From Eledone cirrhosa (Eukaryota), in contig OZ024740.1 in assembly GCA_964016885.1 (NCBI GenBank), positions 292,268,001-292,332,000 on the forward strand: 64,000 nucleotides of DNA. Direction: 5' to 3'. The notes beneath the pieces were generated by a model. It was not told the DNA's origin, searched no databases, and saw only the letters and a list, made by a program, of their open reading frames with translations. The first letter of the stretch is position 1. Each line of letters begins with the position of its first letter. Shown one piece after another: positions 52,301 to 64,000 of the stretch. Both the position numbers and the translations under genes were made by a program.

Positions 52301-54107
52301 GGTGATAAAAGTATAAGTTTAATGATGAAAACAACAGATGTATAAGTGAATGAAGACTCATAACTAATATTTGATCAAGAAAGAGATGATATTGCCCATA
52401 ACTTATTTTGAGGCCTCCAAGACTGATAAGAGGAAGAGAGAAACACTCTCAAAATGGAGACCCAAATGCTTGCAACAGAATGTAATCTGCTAAAGATACC
52501 TAAAGGCCAGATGGGGTTTCAAACTGAGTGATAGATTAAGTCTACTAACCAAGTCAGCCACAACAGAATTTGAACACAGAATATAAAGAGCTGGATCAAA
52601 TATTGCAAGCCAAACTCTCTATCTTCAGTTCGGTATTCGTGCCAAAACTTACCTAAGGTCATGAATCTTGAGAATATGATCATAAATACAAGCGATTGAA
52701 ATGGGGTTCCTCTGAAGGGTCTTTGGAGTAACATTACTTGATAGACTACATAGCTCAGAGATCAGAGAATCACTCCAGGTAGAGCAGCTACTTCTCTAAA
52801 TTGTGAGATCACAGCTCTGATACTATGGGTATGTGATTAGAATTTCTCAGGAAAGCATCACTGGACAGATTTTAAGGGCAAAAACCATCCGGCAAGAGAC
52901 CTAGGGGTAGATCCTGAGCAAAATGGTTGGATAATATCCATGAGCTTGGCTGGTCTTACTTGGGGACCCAATGTTTTAACAATTCCACTTTTCTGTGATA
53001 GTACTTTGTTTTATTAACCCTCAACAGAATGAAAGGCAAAGTTCACTATAGTGGGATTTGAAGTTAGAGAGCAGAGAGCAAGAACAAATATTATGATTTG
53101 CCTCAATTTGCCAGTGTTTAAATGAAAGAAAAAAATGTCAAATATTTTCAGAACATATAACTAACTACATACCTGTTTTGATTAGACTCATAAATTGTTG
53201 AACAATACAAACTACTTAGAAGGAAAATGTCAATTTATTTATTATCTTTGAACGTGGAGCAAAAGTTATTTGTCGCACCATACATTCCTATATTATAATC
53301 ACAGTTGACCTTCATGTTAGAGCTTATCCCTATTATGCTAGGAGGGGAGCTCTGGGAGCCCCACCTTGTGGTTTTTCTTGCAAAACTTTCGAAAGGAAGC
53401 AAATTTTTTTCTGAAATTTGGTGATTTTTCTTAAAATTTACCCTCATAAATGCTCACATACTCTCAGGTCTCAAATATAGGGGATGTTGGAATAAGCAGT
53501 GTTGGGGGTTGGGAAATCGGTAATTTTTCTAGGTTGTCTCTGTTGATTTAAAAAAAAAACAGAATTAGTTGTTTAGTTTACATATTGAGAGAAAACAATC
53601 GACAATTTTTTCGGAGTGTTTGCTCCTTATTGAGATTATGTATTCTCTTCACTGCTACACTGGAACAAACATCTAACACATGGTGTTTATGAGGCTGTTT
53701 GCTTACAAACAAATCAAATATTAATAATATTATGATATAATAATATAATAATATTATTGTTATTAACTCATTAGTACATTTAGGTATCCACCATGTTAAG
53801 AGCAAAAACAAATTTTGTTTTTTTAATTTTTGGCATAGCCGACCGTAAAATCGCTCAGCATGTAAATTAGGCTAATCAGCCAATGTATACATTTGAGAAT
53901 ACTATGTATTCTCAGCAGTTTCAGCAGGTAGCAGTGACGAGAATATACAATCTCGAAAAGGAGCAAAAACTCTGAAAGAATTGTTGATTGTTTACTCTCA
54001 GCTACTGCTGGAACAAAAATATGACGTTAGTCATCTAACACATGGTGTTAATGAGGCTGTTTGCTTGAAAACAAACCTAATATTAATAATATTATGACAT
54101 TATTATA

Positions 54108-54290
54108 TTGGCAGTATCGGTAGAGGGTTGGACGCCATGCTTTCTAGCATAGTTATGTCCCTTTATAGTCTGAGTTCAAATCCCGCCGAGGTTAACTTTG
54201 CCTTTAATCCTTACGTGGTCAATAAAATAAAGTACCAGTAATGTACTGGGTAATTGCTGGCCTTGTGCCTAAAGTAGAAACAATTATTAT
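54108..54290 (+). mobile_element. SINE family B copy
   Basis: Matches the other family B copies. Confidence 0.85.
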
Positions 54291-54304
54291 AATATAATAA
54301 TAAT

Positions 54305-55610
54305 ACTAATGAAATGATTGTGTAAAGTGCTCAGGTGCACTACACCTCGTCAAAGGTGCATGTATAGTACATAGAATAATATACAAATGTCAGGGAAGTA
54401 AATAGTGTATGAGTCATAATATACATGTCTGTATGTGTATGGAGGGGGAACATTAGGTGTAGTGTTGGCGAATCTCGGGAAGCATGGAGGTTTTAAAGGA
54501 TGCAGTGTCTTGACAACTAACAACTTATGCAGGTAGTTTGTTCCATGCTTCAGCAACTCTGAGCGTGAAAAAATGTTTCCGAAAGTCATGGGAACTGTGC
54601 TGTTTTCTGACTTTGTGGGCATGCCCATGTGTGTTAGACACATGGAAATCAAAAAGGTACTCAGGGTTGTTGTTGGCAAGATGGTTAATAATTTTGTGGG
54701 TGTTTACCAAGTCAGTTGCCAGGCGTCGGAGCTTCAATGTATCCATGCCCAGGGAAGCAAGGCGTTCAGATTATGGTAGATGCCTGATGGAGGGTATTCG
54801 CTTGGTTGCACGTCTCTGAACAGTTTCCAGTCGGTCAATGTTCTGAGCAAGATAAGGGTTCCAGACTGGTGATGCAAATTCTAAGTGTGGCCGCACAATA
54901 GCCATGTACAGCTTTAAATAGATAGCTGGAGAGCGGCTGACAAAGGTCTTGCTGAGTGATGCTAAGACGCCCTCGGCCCTCTTGACAATTTTAGAGACGT
55001 GCTTTGTCCAACGCAAATCACTGCTGACCGTAATGCCCAGGTCACCTTCACAAGAAGACTTCTTGATATTAGTGCTGTGGAGGGAGTATGTGGATGCTGG
55101 GTTTTTACTCCCAAAATGCATGGTGGTGCACTTGTCCACAGCTAGCTTGAGTTGCCAGTCTGTGATCTATTGTTGCATTGTGTCCAGGTCAGACTGCAAG
55201 CAAGATCTATAGTGTTCAGGATCTGTCCTTTTTATCTCAATGTACAGCTTGATGTCATCTGCGTACTTCAGTACTGTTGCATTCTTTAAGTTGGCATCTA
55301 TGTCATTAATATATGCCACAAACAAAAGGGGGTCAAGAACAGATCCCTGTGGTACACCAGATGACATCTCATATGGTGAGGAATGCTGTCCCAGAACCGT
55401 GACTACCTCTCTTCGACTGAGAATGAAGGACTTCAACCAGTTAAAAAGATCATCCTTCACACCCATTGCAGAGAGTTTTGCCATAAGCCTTTTGTGTGGC
55501 ATAGAATTGAAAGCTTTCGCAAAGTCAAGGTAAACAACATCCACCCATGAGCCGCCATCAGTGATCCGGGTGATATCTTCAAGAAACTCGATAAGTTGAT
55601 CACAGCAGCT
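54305..55610 (-). mobile_element. CR1-like LINE ORF2 3' part
   Basis: DVVYLDFAKAF, SGVPQGSVL, YADDIK, RPHLEFASPVWNPY, LETVQRRATK and RVAEAWNKLP. Confidence 0.92.
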
Positions 55611-56900
55611 GGAGTTAGGGATAAATCCAAATTGCGAGGGCCGGATAAGACTAATATTATTATAATATTATTGTTATTCACTCACAAATACATTTAGGTA
55701 TCCACCATGTTAAGAGTGAAACAAATTTTGTTTTTTACCTCTGAATTCTTCATTCATTAATTAAAATGCAGTATATTTTATTAGAAATATGGTAAATATT
55801 TTGGTCATAGATATAGTGTATATGCTGACATTGAGTTATGAACTGTGTAGCTGTTAGACAACAACCTGACATTTTATTGACACAATCAGCTGTTACATTT
55901 TGCTGTCATGTACACCTATTTTAGCTACCATTATATGCCATTGATTTTTGCCCACTTGGCATAACGTTTGTGTTATTGTATAGTTTACTGTATAATTAAT
56001 TAACTTCATTTTAGTATATTATTGATTTCTAACGGGAGCTGGAGGTTAGTCAATTATATTGCGAGTTACCTTGTGCAGCTCCTCCCCTGAAGAATAAAAG
56101 GCAAAGTTGACCTAGCTTGATTGAAAAATCGTCATAGTGAGGCAAAACTGAATACCACACAGTATTTCATTCCCTGCCCCATCTAGTCTGCCAATCCACT
56201 GGCCTCAATTTTAGAAGATATTGTAAATATTGTTTTATTGATCATTCAGAGTTGTAGAGTAAATGCAATGCCTATGTAACTTCAATCTGTTAAATAGTAA
56301 ACTAAACACATCTTATCTCGCCAAACACTGTACACTACTGTCTTACCATTGCAATTGGAACTGATGGGGTTATCGAGAGGATGGCAAACGGTCAGATGAC
56401 ATCACAATCTTCCTATTCCATGGTTGTAAGATGTGATTCTTGAACATGACATGCAACGACACTTCAAGCTGTTGAAATATCAACCACTTTCTAATAGGTT
56501 TGTCGTCGAACTTACAGTGGAGGAGACTTCTGGAATTTTGTAGTTCCGAGATACCTCCCTATATGTTGATATTGGAATGAGGTTGGTCACCTGCAAGAAT
56601 GAGCCCCACGATCAATCTAGAAGGGCTATTTCAATGTGTCCCCCTCACTATCCTCTGGGATAATACTTTCTCTATTCTGTCAGCTGGGATCATGATGTGG
56701 AATACATCTGGGATTCAACAGGTTGGAGATGCAGAATGGATAACCTTTTATAAATTAGTTTGTGTTACTGTTGGTCACAACAAACATACATTTACTAAGG
56801 AGTCAATGACTTAAATTGTCCACCAATCATTCATTGTACCGAAGGTAGATCAGTAGAATACCTCAAATAACTACTTGCCCAAATAGTAAGTGTGTGTGGC

Positions 56901-56925
56901 GGGGGGGGGGGGGGGGGGGGGGGGC
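56901..56925. repeat. Poly-G run (~25 nt) next to a hAT-like terminus CAGTGACGTAGCTAG
   Basis: Directly visible. Confidence 0.8.
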
Positions 56926-57010
56926 AGTGACGTAGCTAGAGTGTGTGCTGCCCAGGGCAGCCCGTCAGTTTGCCACCCCCAGGCCCCCACAAAAATACAT
57001 ATTGCTCTTA

Positions 57011-57067
<57 letters not shown>

Positions 57068-57069
<2 letters not shown>

Positions 57070-57510
57070 ACCAAGATCTTTGGTGCCATGCAGTAATACA
57101 GAAGACCCGCCTTGCCTATATACAAAGCGAAACCTACAGTCAGTAGGCACCTCTTAACCAAATATACACCCCAATCCACTACCCCTTTCTCTGTAAAGTT
57201 GGTACCACAACATCCAGTCCAAATAAATGAGATAATGAGATCGAGATCGTGTAGGTGTCACGACAAAAAACACACAGTCCATGCTATAATGTGGCCGTGT
57301 AGGTAACACGGTAAAAAGTTCCCAGTCCACACTGTAAATGTGGTTGGTGTTAGGAAGGGCATCCAGCCGTAGAAAACCTGCCAGATAGTCATATATGAGC
57401 AAGACACGGTCACCCAACCAACCTTGCCTCAAATTGGGACAACTCCCGTCTAACCCATGCTAGCGTGGAAGATGGACGTTAAACGATGATGATGATGATG
57501 ATGAAGATGA
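57068..57510 (+). mobile_element. RTE LINE 3' fragment (family of 12040-12845)
   Basis: Matches 12410-12845 and has an (ATG)n tail. (TA)n on both sides. Confidence 0.88.
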
Positions 57511-58227
57511 TATATATATATATCTGATTGTTGATTATTTAATTAATTAATTCGTCATTGAGCCACACCGTAAATGGTTGCCAAAAACATATATATCTAT
57601 ATATCTATAGCTCTGTCTAGTTTATGTATATGTAAACCTCTATATTTTATATACTCTCATAAGGTTGAGTAAAACTTTAGGCAGTATTCAGCTGCGCTTT
57701 CTAGCAACCAGCCTACTCGCCGTCAGGCACCAATCACAAGCTTTCTGACTTGACCACTGGCCATGTGACAATTCTTAGCCATTTTGAATTCGTTTCTGGC
57801 GGGGATCATTTAAGAAAAATCTTTGTCCAATTGAGTTTGTTTACTGATGATTTCGAAACTCGTTGATTTATCCATGATCGGATATTTCCAAAAAGCGAAT
57901 GAAACCTCCGGAGGTAGAAACATGATTTTGGTATGTTTATGTACATTTTTTTCTTCTAACTTTGATTTTATACCTAATTGTGTATGGTTGACTATATGTC
58001 TAGTCAATTTCTACGGACTATTAGAAATACTAGGTAAATCTTCTGTGGCTGTGGATCGCAGATAAAATAGCTTTCATTTATTTATCTATTGTTTCTTCAT
58101 AGGTACATTTTAAACTTATAGCCTCGTTTAATTGATTTTTTATGTGGTTAATTATGCTGATTGGGAGAAGAAATACTGTATATATTTTATTAAATGATTC
58201 TGTGGACTTACTTTCTTATATATATAT

Positions 58228-58343
58228 ATAGGAGTAAGTAAGACTCCGACGGCTGAGCTCAAGCCGTTTCGATGGCTAATTCTGTACAGAATTAGCCGTC
58301 GAAACAGCTTGAGCTCAGCCATCGGGGTCTTACTTACTCCTAT
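58228..58343. repeat. 116-bp loop-less palindrome, 4 mismatches
   Basis: Centred on AATTCTGT|ACAGAATT at 58285/58286. Confidence 0.92.
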
Positions 58344-58420
58344 TACCCACTCTACTACCCTAAGTATTGAGTACTTTGGTGCGTTATGGTCCACCTGGTT
58401 CCTTACCACTTTTCCCTCGC

Positions 58421-58492
<72 letters not shown>

Positions 58493-59280
58493 CTAGTCTG
58501 CGTACAATCATAATTGTTTCTACTTTTAGCACAAGGCCAGCAATTATCTCAGTGTATTACTGGTGCTTTATTATCGACCCCATAAGGATAAAAGGTAAAG
58601 TTAATCTCTGTGTACAATTATAATATTATACTGCAGCATTAAAAGAACGCTTATAGCCTACAGCAGACTGAAAAGCCACCCCTACAGTTGCCCAGGGTTC
58701 CCCTCTAGCAACGTTATAAGGGGATCGGGGGTGGAAAATCGATAATTTTTCTAGGTTCTAGGTTGTCAGCGTTGATTTTTTTAAAAACCAGAATTAGTCA
58801 TTTAGTTTACATATTCAGACCTCCCATACATCCTATTTATTTTATAACATATGCGATTACTAGTAATGTACTTTTTTTGTCATTTATAATGTTTTTTAAT
58901 GTATAAAGAAAATTAATTGTGGCAGGAATGGTACCACTTAAAATAAAATTTTGACAGAGATAGATTTGCAAAATTTACTAAGCGGCGTGAAGGTTTGAAA
59001 AATTTTTTAAATTAATAAGCGGAGATGATTATTAGAGACCCGAGATTACATGTAGTGATACAGTTACGATGACAGATTAAAATAATGTGGGTAATGGAGC
59101 TGGACAGAGCGGTGGATAGGAATACAAAAGAGAAAATATTCAAGAAATACACATATAGATAGGGTTATTCTCTTTTCTTTTTACTGAAGTGAAATAAAGT
59201 TATATATCTGACCAGAATTAATGGATATTTGTTGTGCTTATCATCTTCTTCCACAACAGCAAAACAATATATATATATAT

Positions 59281-59617
59281 CATCATCATTTCATTTTACG
59301 TCCGCTTTTTCCCTGCTTGCAAGGGTGGGACGGGAACTGATTCTGGCTTGATTTCTACAGCTGGATGCCCTTCCTAACACCAACCTCATTTACAGTGAGT
59401 GCTGGGTGCTTTTTTGCCGTGGCACCTCCACGACCACTTTGCAGTGGAATGATATGGACCACAGTCCCTATCATCTCATTTCTACAGCTGAGTAAACTGG
59501 AGCAATGTGAAATAAAGTGTCTTGCTCAAGGAAACAACACATCACTCAGTCTGAGAATTGAACTCACAACCTTTCGATTGCAAGGCCAATGCTCTAACCA
59601 CTAAGCCATGTGCCTCT
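59281..59617 (-). mobile_element. tRNA-derived SINE family A, full length, in (TA)n
   Basis: Reverse complement of 7404-7725, with an ATGATGATG tail. Confidence 0.9.
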
Positions 59618-61879
59618 ATATATATATTAGAAAGTGAGGTTTTTTTTTACAAAATGAAAAATAACCGAGGTGTCGTACACGAGTGAAAGTATAACGAAAA
59701 AAGATGAAATCGAAAATGCAACTGGAGTCTTTTTTTAAAAAATATATATATATTTATTTGGTTCCTTTACCGGTTTCGCAGTTCTTCTGCTTTTCAAAAG
59801 TAGAGTTGAGATGGAGGGTCTGTAATTTTTCTCACATCTGGTTGGTCTTTGAATGTTACTTGTTTTATATGGAAAAAAGTGGCTCGAAATGCCAGGTTTT
59901 TAGAGAATTACTTCTCTAAAAACCTAACACTTCACTGCTCGCAAGTGTTTTTTAAGCTTCATATCATGTCTCCCTATTTTATCTGATGAGAACGCAAATA
60001 TCATCCCATGATGATATTTGTTTTTGAAATACGCATAATAAAATACATGGAACTCTTTTAACCATCTTTTGATTTTAAATTATATATATATATATGGGAG
60101 AATTAGCGGAATCCTATTAAGTAACATTGATATTAAATTTAGTTACAAGGCCAGCAAATTTGGGGAAGGATAAACCCAGTACTTAACTGGTACTTTATTT
60201 TATCAATCCCAGAAGAATGAACAGCAAAGTTGAATTCGGTGGGATTTGAACTCAGAATGTAAAGAGCCAAAACAAATACAACAATGTTATTTTGTCCGAT
60301 GCTCTAGCAATTCTAACCAAATACCCTTTTTAGACTTTCAGTTTAGTTCCTGCTTGTAGTAAACAAAATAATTGTTTCTATTTTAGGCACAAGGCCAGCA
60401 ATTACTCAGTACATTACTGGTACTTTATTTTATCGACCCCGTAAATAATGGGCTTGCATCTTTGAGGTAACGGTGATTGAGTAGTCTCTCTGATGAGAAG
60501 TTCACTTTCCAATCACAAGGTTCTGGGCTCTAACCCTAGATTTATCACTATAAACAGTTACTTCTCAAAAGCTACTCCGTTTTTGTATTTATTTTGAAAG
60601 ATGTTTCATATAAAATCGGTGTTGAAACAGATATTGTTTTACTTTGGGAGATCATAGCGGCAACAAAAAACACGTGCATGTGTTTTTATTAGCAGCACGA
60701 CCTCCCCAAAGTCTTTAGTTACTCATACATTTAATCCTGTATGTTACTTATTTGTCAAGCTATAAAACAACGACAACAATAACAATAACGTAAATGACGA
60801 TTGTGAACCCTAATATTATTGTTATAAAACGAGCACGCTTATTTATGATAAATAAACAAATATATTTTATGTGTTAGAAACTTGACAAAAGATGGCTAAC
60901 AATAGACAGACGTTCCCACGATTAGACATTAAACATACAAAGAGCATGGAAACAGAGCAGTGCCCACGCTTACCCTTTCCCATTGTCATTTCATCCTTAC
61001 GTGGTTGATAAAATAAAGTACCAGTAATGCGCTGGGATAATTGCTGGCCTTGTGCCAATAGTAGAAACAATTAATGTTTGTAGAAAAAAAACAAAAGAAG
61101 TTCGACTTTTCTTTCGTCAAATGTCAAACTTACAGGACAAAGCCTTACAAGTTAAATTACAAACACACGGAAAGAAAACATTTATGAAAATATATCAATA
61201 TTATTTTGAAAGATCTATTTATTTTTTATTTACATTTCAAAACATGAATAAACTACGTAGTTCACGTACTCACAGATTGAGAAAGATTTATAATACATTT
61301 TATAATATAGTTAACCCAAATTTGTAAGCAATTAGTCTTCTTACCTGGAGAAAGTGACGCGAAATAAGACGAAGATATGTCAATCTGCAATATTTCCACA
61401 CACACGAAACAGGTTGATGTGAAAACACGTTGATTAAGCAATAGCATAGGTAAAAATTTCAATGATCAAGTCAAACAGATGTTGACACTAATGTAATGAC
61501 CTACATTTAGAGTTGCTAGTTATATTTTATAAAACAAACAATCTATAGAATTTCCTACACCACCTAATTTTTTCTCTGTTTCGTGTCCTGTTTCTTTGTT
61601 AAAATTTCTCGTTTATTTCGCAAAATTGAAATGCTTAAATTGTATTTCAACGTAGAGGATAGATACAATGTAATATTACAAATATGTATTTTATAAGCTT
61701 ACCATGATTTTCAAGCCCTAAACCGGGACAATACCGAATCAGAGTAATATCAAAACGAGAAACTTTCCAAGCGTTACCTATGATAATCCTATATATAAAC
61801 AATATCATACACGGATATCCAACACTTATCTGATATAACTTTTAAGAATTTAAAATAATAAACAACACTGAGATTAATA

Positions 61880-62680
61880 GAGCTTGGACTCGACAATCTC
61901 CCTGCATCTCTTTGCCAGACATTTAGCACAGGCTTTACTGGGGATGCTTAACAAAGAAATCCCTCTGTAATTGGAACCATCTCTCTTGACTCTCTTTTTG
62001 AAAATTGGGATTATCACTTCTGATTGCCATTGCTTAAGTGGCTTTCCAGAGATCCAGTTGACCCGGCATACACGAGTCAGCAGGGCCGGATTTAGATTTG
62101 ATGAGGACCTAAGCTATTTGAGATAATGGGGCCCTTTGTATATCCAGATGTCCTATGTCAGCGACAAATTGTCGCTGTTTTTTGTGTTTAATATACTATA
62201 TATACTGCATTATTGGCAGTATCGGTAGAGGGTCGGACGCCATGCTTTCCAGCGTGGTTACGTCCCTTTACCATCTGAGTTCAAATCCCGCCGAGGTTGA
62301 CTTTGCCTTTCATCCTTACGGGGTCGATAAAATAAAGTACCAGTAATACACTGGGATAATTGCTGGCCTTGTGCCTAAAGTAGAAACAATTATTTTAGTT
62401 CTTTTTTATCTTATATTTTGGAAATGTACACACCGTTTTTTTTTCAATTTTTTCGGGGCCCCAAGAAAGTGGGAGCCCTAAGCTATAGCTTGTTTAGCTT
62501 ATACGTAAATCCCACTCTGCGAGTCAGCCAGAGAATGCCTTCTCTAGTTAAGGCTTTTAATATGTCGGATCGGATTTCATCTTTCCCAGCAACTTTGCCA
62601 CATTTGAGCTCTTTAACTGTTGTTGTGACCTCAGCTTCTGAGAGATTAGTCACTGCTCCCAGTTGTTTAACGAAGTGTAT
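61880..62680 (-). mobile_element. RTE fragment (family of 50850-52300) split by a hAT MITE
   Basis: LSEAEVTTTVKELKCGKVAGKDEI at ~62570-62650 continues at 61880-62075, which aligns with 50870-51060. Confidence 0.8.
62081..62519. mobile_element. hAT-type MITE with 8-bp TSD and nested SINE B (62213-62395)
   Basis: TIR CAGGGCCGGATTTA / TAAATCCCACTCTG. TSD CGAGTCAG at 62073-62080 and 62520-62527. Confidence 0.88.
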
Positions 62681-62697
62681 TAGTAGTAGTTAGAAAT

Positions 62698-63310
62698 TGT
62701 TAGATGAAAAGACATGAATAGCGATTTACTTTATATATAAAAAGGTTTACTTCGTTTCAATCAAAAAGAATAATAAACAAGTTACCACGAATTGCGAAGG
62801 TTGACAATGTTACTTTTGTTGTTGGTTCATGAGGCTGGTGTAGTCTGAGACCATAGTGAGAGAGCGTAATGGTCTGTAGTTGACTGTAGACCACTGCGGC
62901 CTGAAGGTAGAGGTGAATTTTTCACATAGCTTGTCTGTATCGTGGTGCTCCGATCTTTCTGTATCTAAGGTGGGAAAATATAGGCTTTATATACCTGTCG
63001 CTTTCTGTCTCCCACCTTGAGGGGATAGCCCACGCATGAACCGGTTCACACCAAAAGGGTGGTGACCTAGAGTTTGACCTTTAGGTGTCACCCAAGGTTC
63101 AAGGTGTGGACAGATATCGCTACATTAGTTCCCTACCCAGATCGATGCAGGAGCAGCGATCGATTATAAAAGGGGTAGCGAAATCTGATCCCAGAAGCGT
63201 ATCCCAAAACACACAAAATGTGGGTACTGCGCCCGCACTTCGAGTGCAGAGAAATTTGGAGAGAGAAAAAAAAATCGTATAACTGTGTATGCAGGTGTGA
63301 GTGTGTAACA
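62698..63310 (-). mobile_element. Possible solo LTR
   Basis: TGTTA...TAACA termini, CpG-richer than the flanks, and a minus-strand TATATAAAG at ~62985-62993. No TSD found. Confidence 0.3.
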
Positions 63311-63430
63311 TTTAGAAGAAACTGTAAAAATACAAAGTTGTGATCATGTATTTCGAACTGTTGTGTATGGATGGCTGAACGTTGGGGTTAAGGTATCGAA
63401 TTACGATATGATAACACAGAGGACTATTTC

Positions 63431-63720
63431 TCTCGATGTATCATCATACGTAAGATTCTCTTCCAGTGAGTCGAGGTTTACGCTATGACATGAGTGTGTG
63501 CAATTTTGAGTTGCGTGCCTGAGTGAGTTCAAGCGTGTCTGAGTGACTCCAGGCATGTGCCCGTGGGTTGTTTATCATGTGTTTAATAGCTGTTGCCGAA
63601 CCTCGACCCGTTGAATCTCGATGTATTATCATACGTAAGATGCTTTTCCAGTGAGTCGAGGTTTATGCTATGACATGAGTGAGTGCAATTTTGAGTTGCG
63701 TGCTTGAGTGAGTCCAAGCG
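63431..63720. repeat. 105-bp direct repeat with 185-bp period
   Basis: 63431-63535 and 63616-63720 differ by only a few substitutions. Confidence 0.9.
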
Positions 63721-64000
63721 AGTAGTAACCGTGGGTGTGTTTCTCTGTTGTCGTACCTCGACCAGTTGAAAAGTGATCTCGCTGAGACCCAACCGAATCC
63801 AGAATATACCATAGACAAAAACATGTTGGTGTGTGACAAAGAAAATGATGTGTGTTTGATGCAAAACGTGTTATTCATACAGGCATATAATACAGTAAAA
63901 CGAATAAAAAAATAAAAATGACATTCATATATAACCTGTAAAAAAAATTAAAACAAATATTTATATAATTATATATTATTGGCAACATGACCCTCCCAAA

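Noticed and set aside
56347-56590. Upstream coding exon of the membrane-protein gene (Cys-containing frame CHLTVCH..NCN)
   Set aside because: All three minus-strand frames contain stops between the candidate acceptors and the donor; at most a non-coding exon. There is no evidence for UGA recoding.
18215-62395. Apparent + strand bias of full-length SINE B copies
   Set aside because: Minus-strand copies and fragments also occur (6873, 35600, 58510, 60140, 60368), and the sample is too small to claim a bias without a test.

Overview
AT-rich eukaryotic DNA, very dense in repeats. The SINE, LINE and microsatellite content resembles a coleoid cephalopod (Octopus-like); this is inference, not a database match. 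Two spliced host genes are visible. The first is an HSPBP1/Fes1-type Hsp70 nucleotide-exchange factor on the + strand, with five phase-compatible coding exons at 16560-25801 and the first coding exon not found. The second is an unrecognised ~195-aa single-pass membrane protein with a tyrosine-motif tail on the - strand, with three coding exons at 46353-50581. The rest is decayed mobile DNA: RTE and CR1-like LINEs, an RLE-type non-LTR fragment, three mariner-type remnants, a degraded Rep/PIF1 Helitron, a non-autonomous Helitron whose empty site is also in the window, TTAA and hAT MITEs, two SINE families and (TA)n/(CA)n/(ATC)n tracts. The most unusual non-coding structures are a ~1.1-kb array of ~43 copies of a 27-bp unit built on the NRF1/EWG palindrome TGCGCATGCGC, a perfect 172-bp inverted repeat upstream of the first visible HSPBP1 exon, a 116-bp loop-less palindrome and a double-ended Helitron terminus. 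No CRISPR, rRNA or true tRNA gene was seen. I cannot show from sequence alone that any of these is a new biological system; they are ranked candidates.
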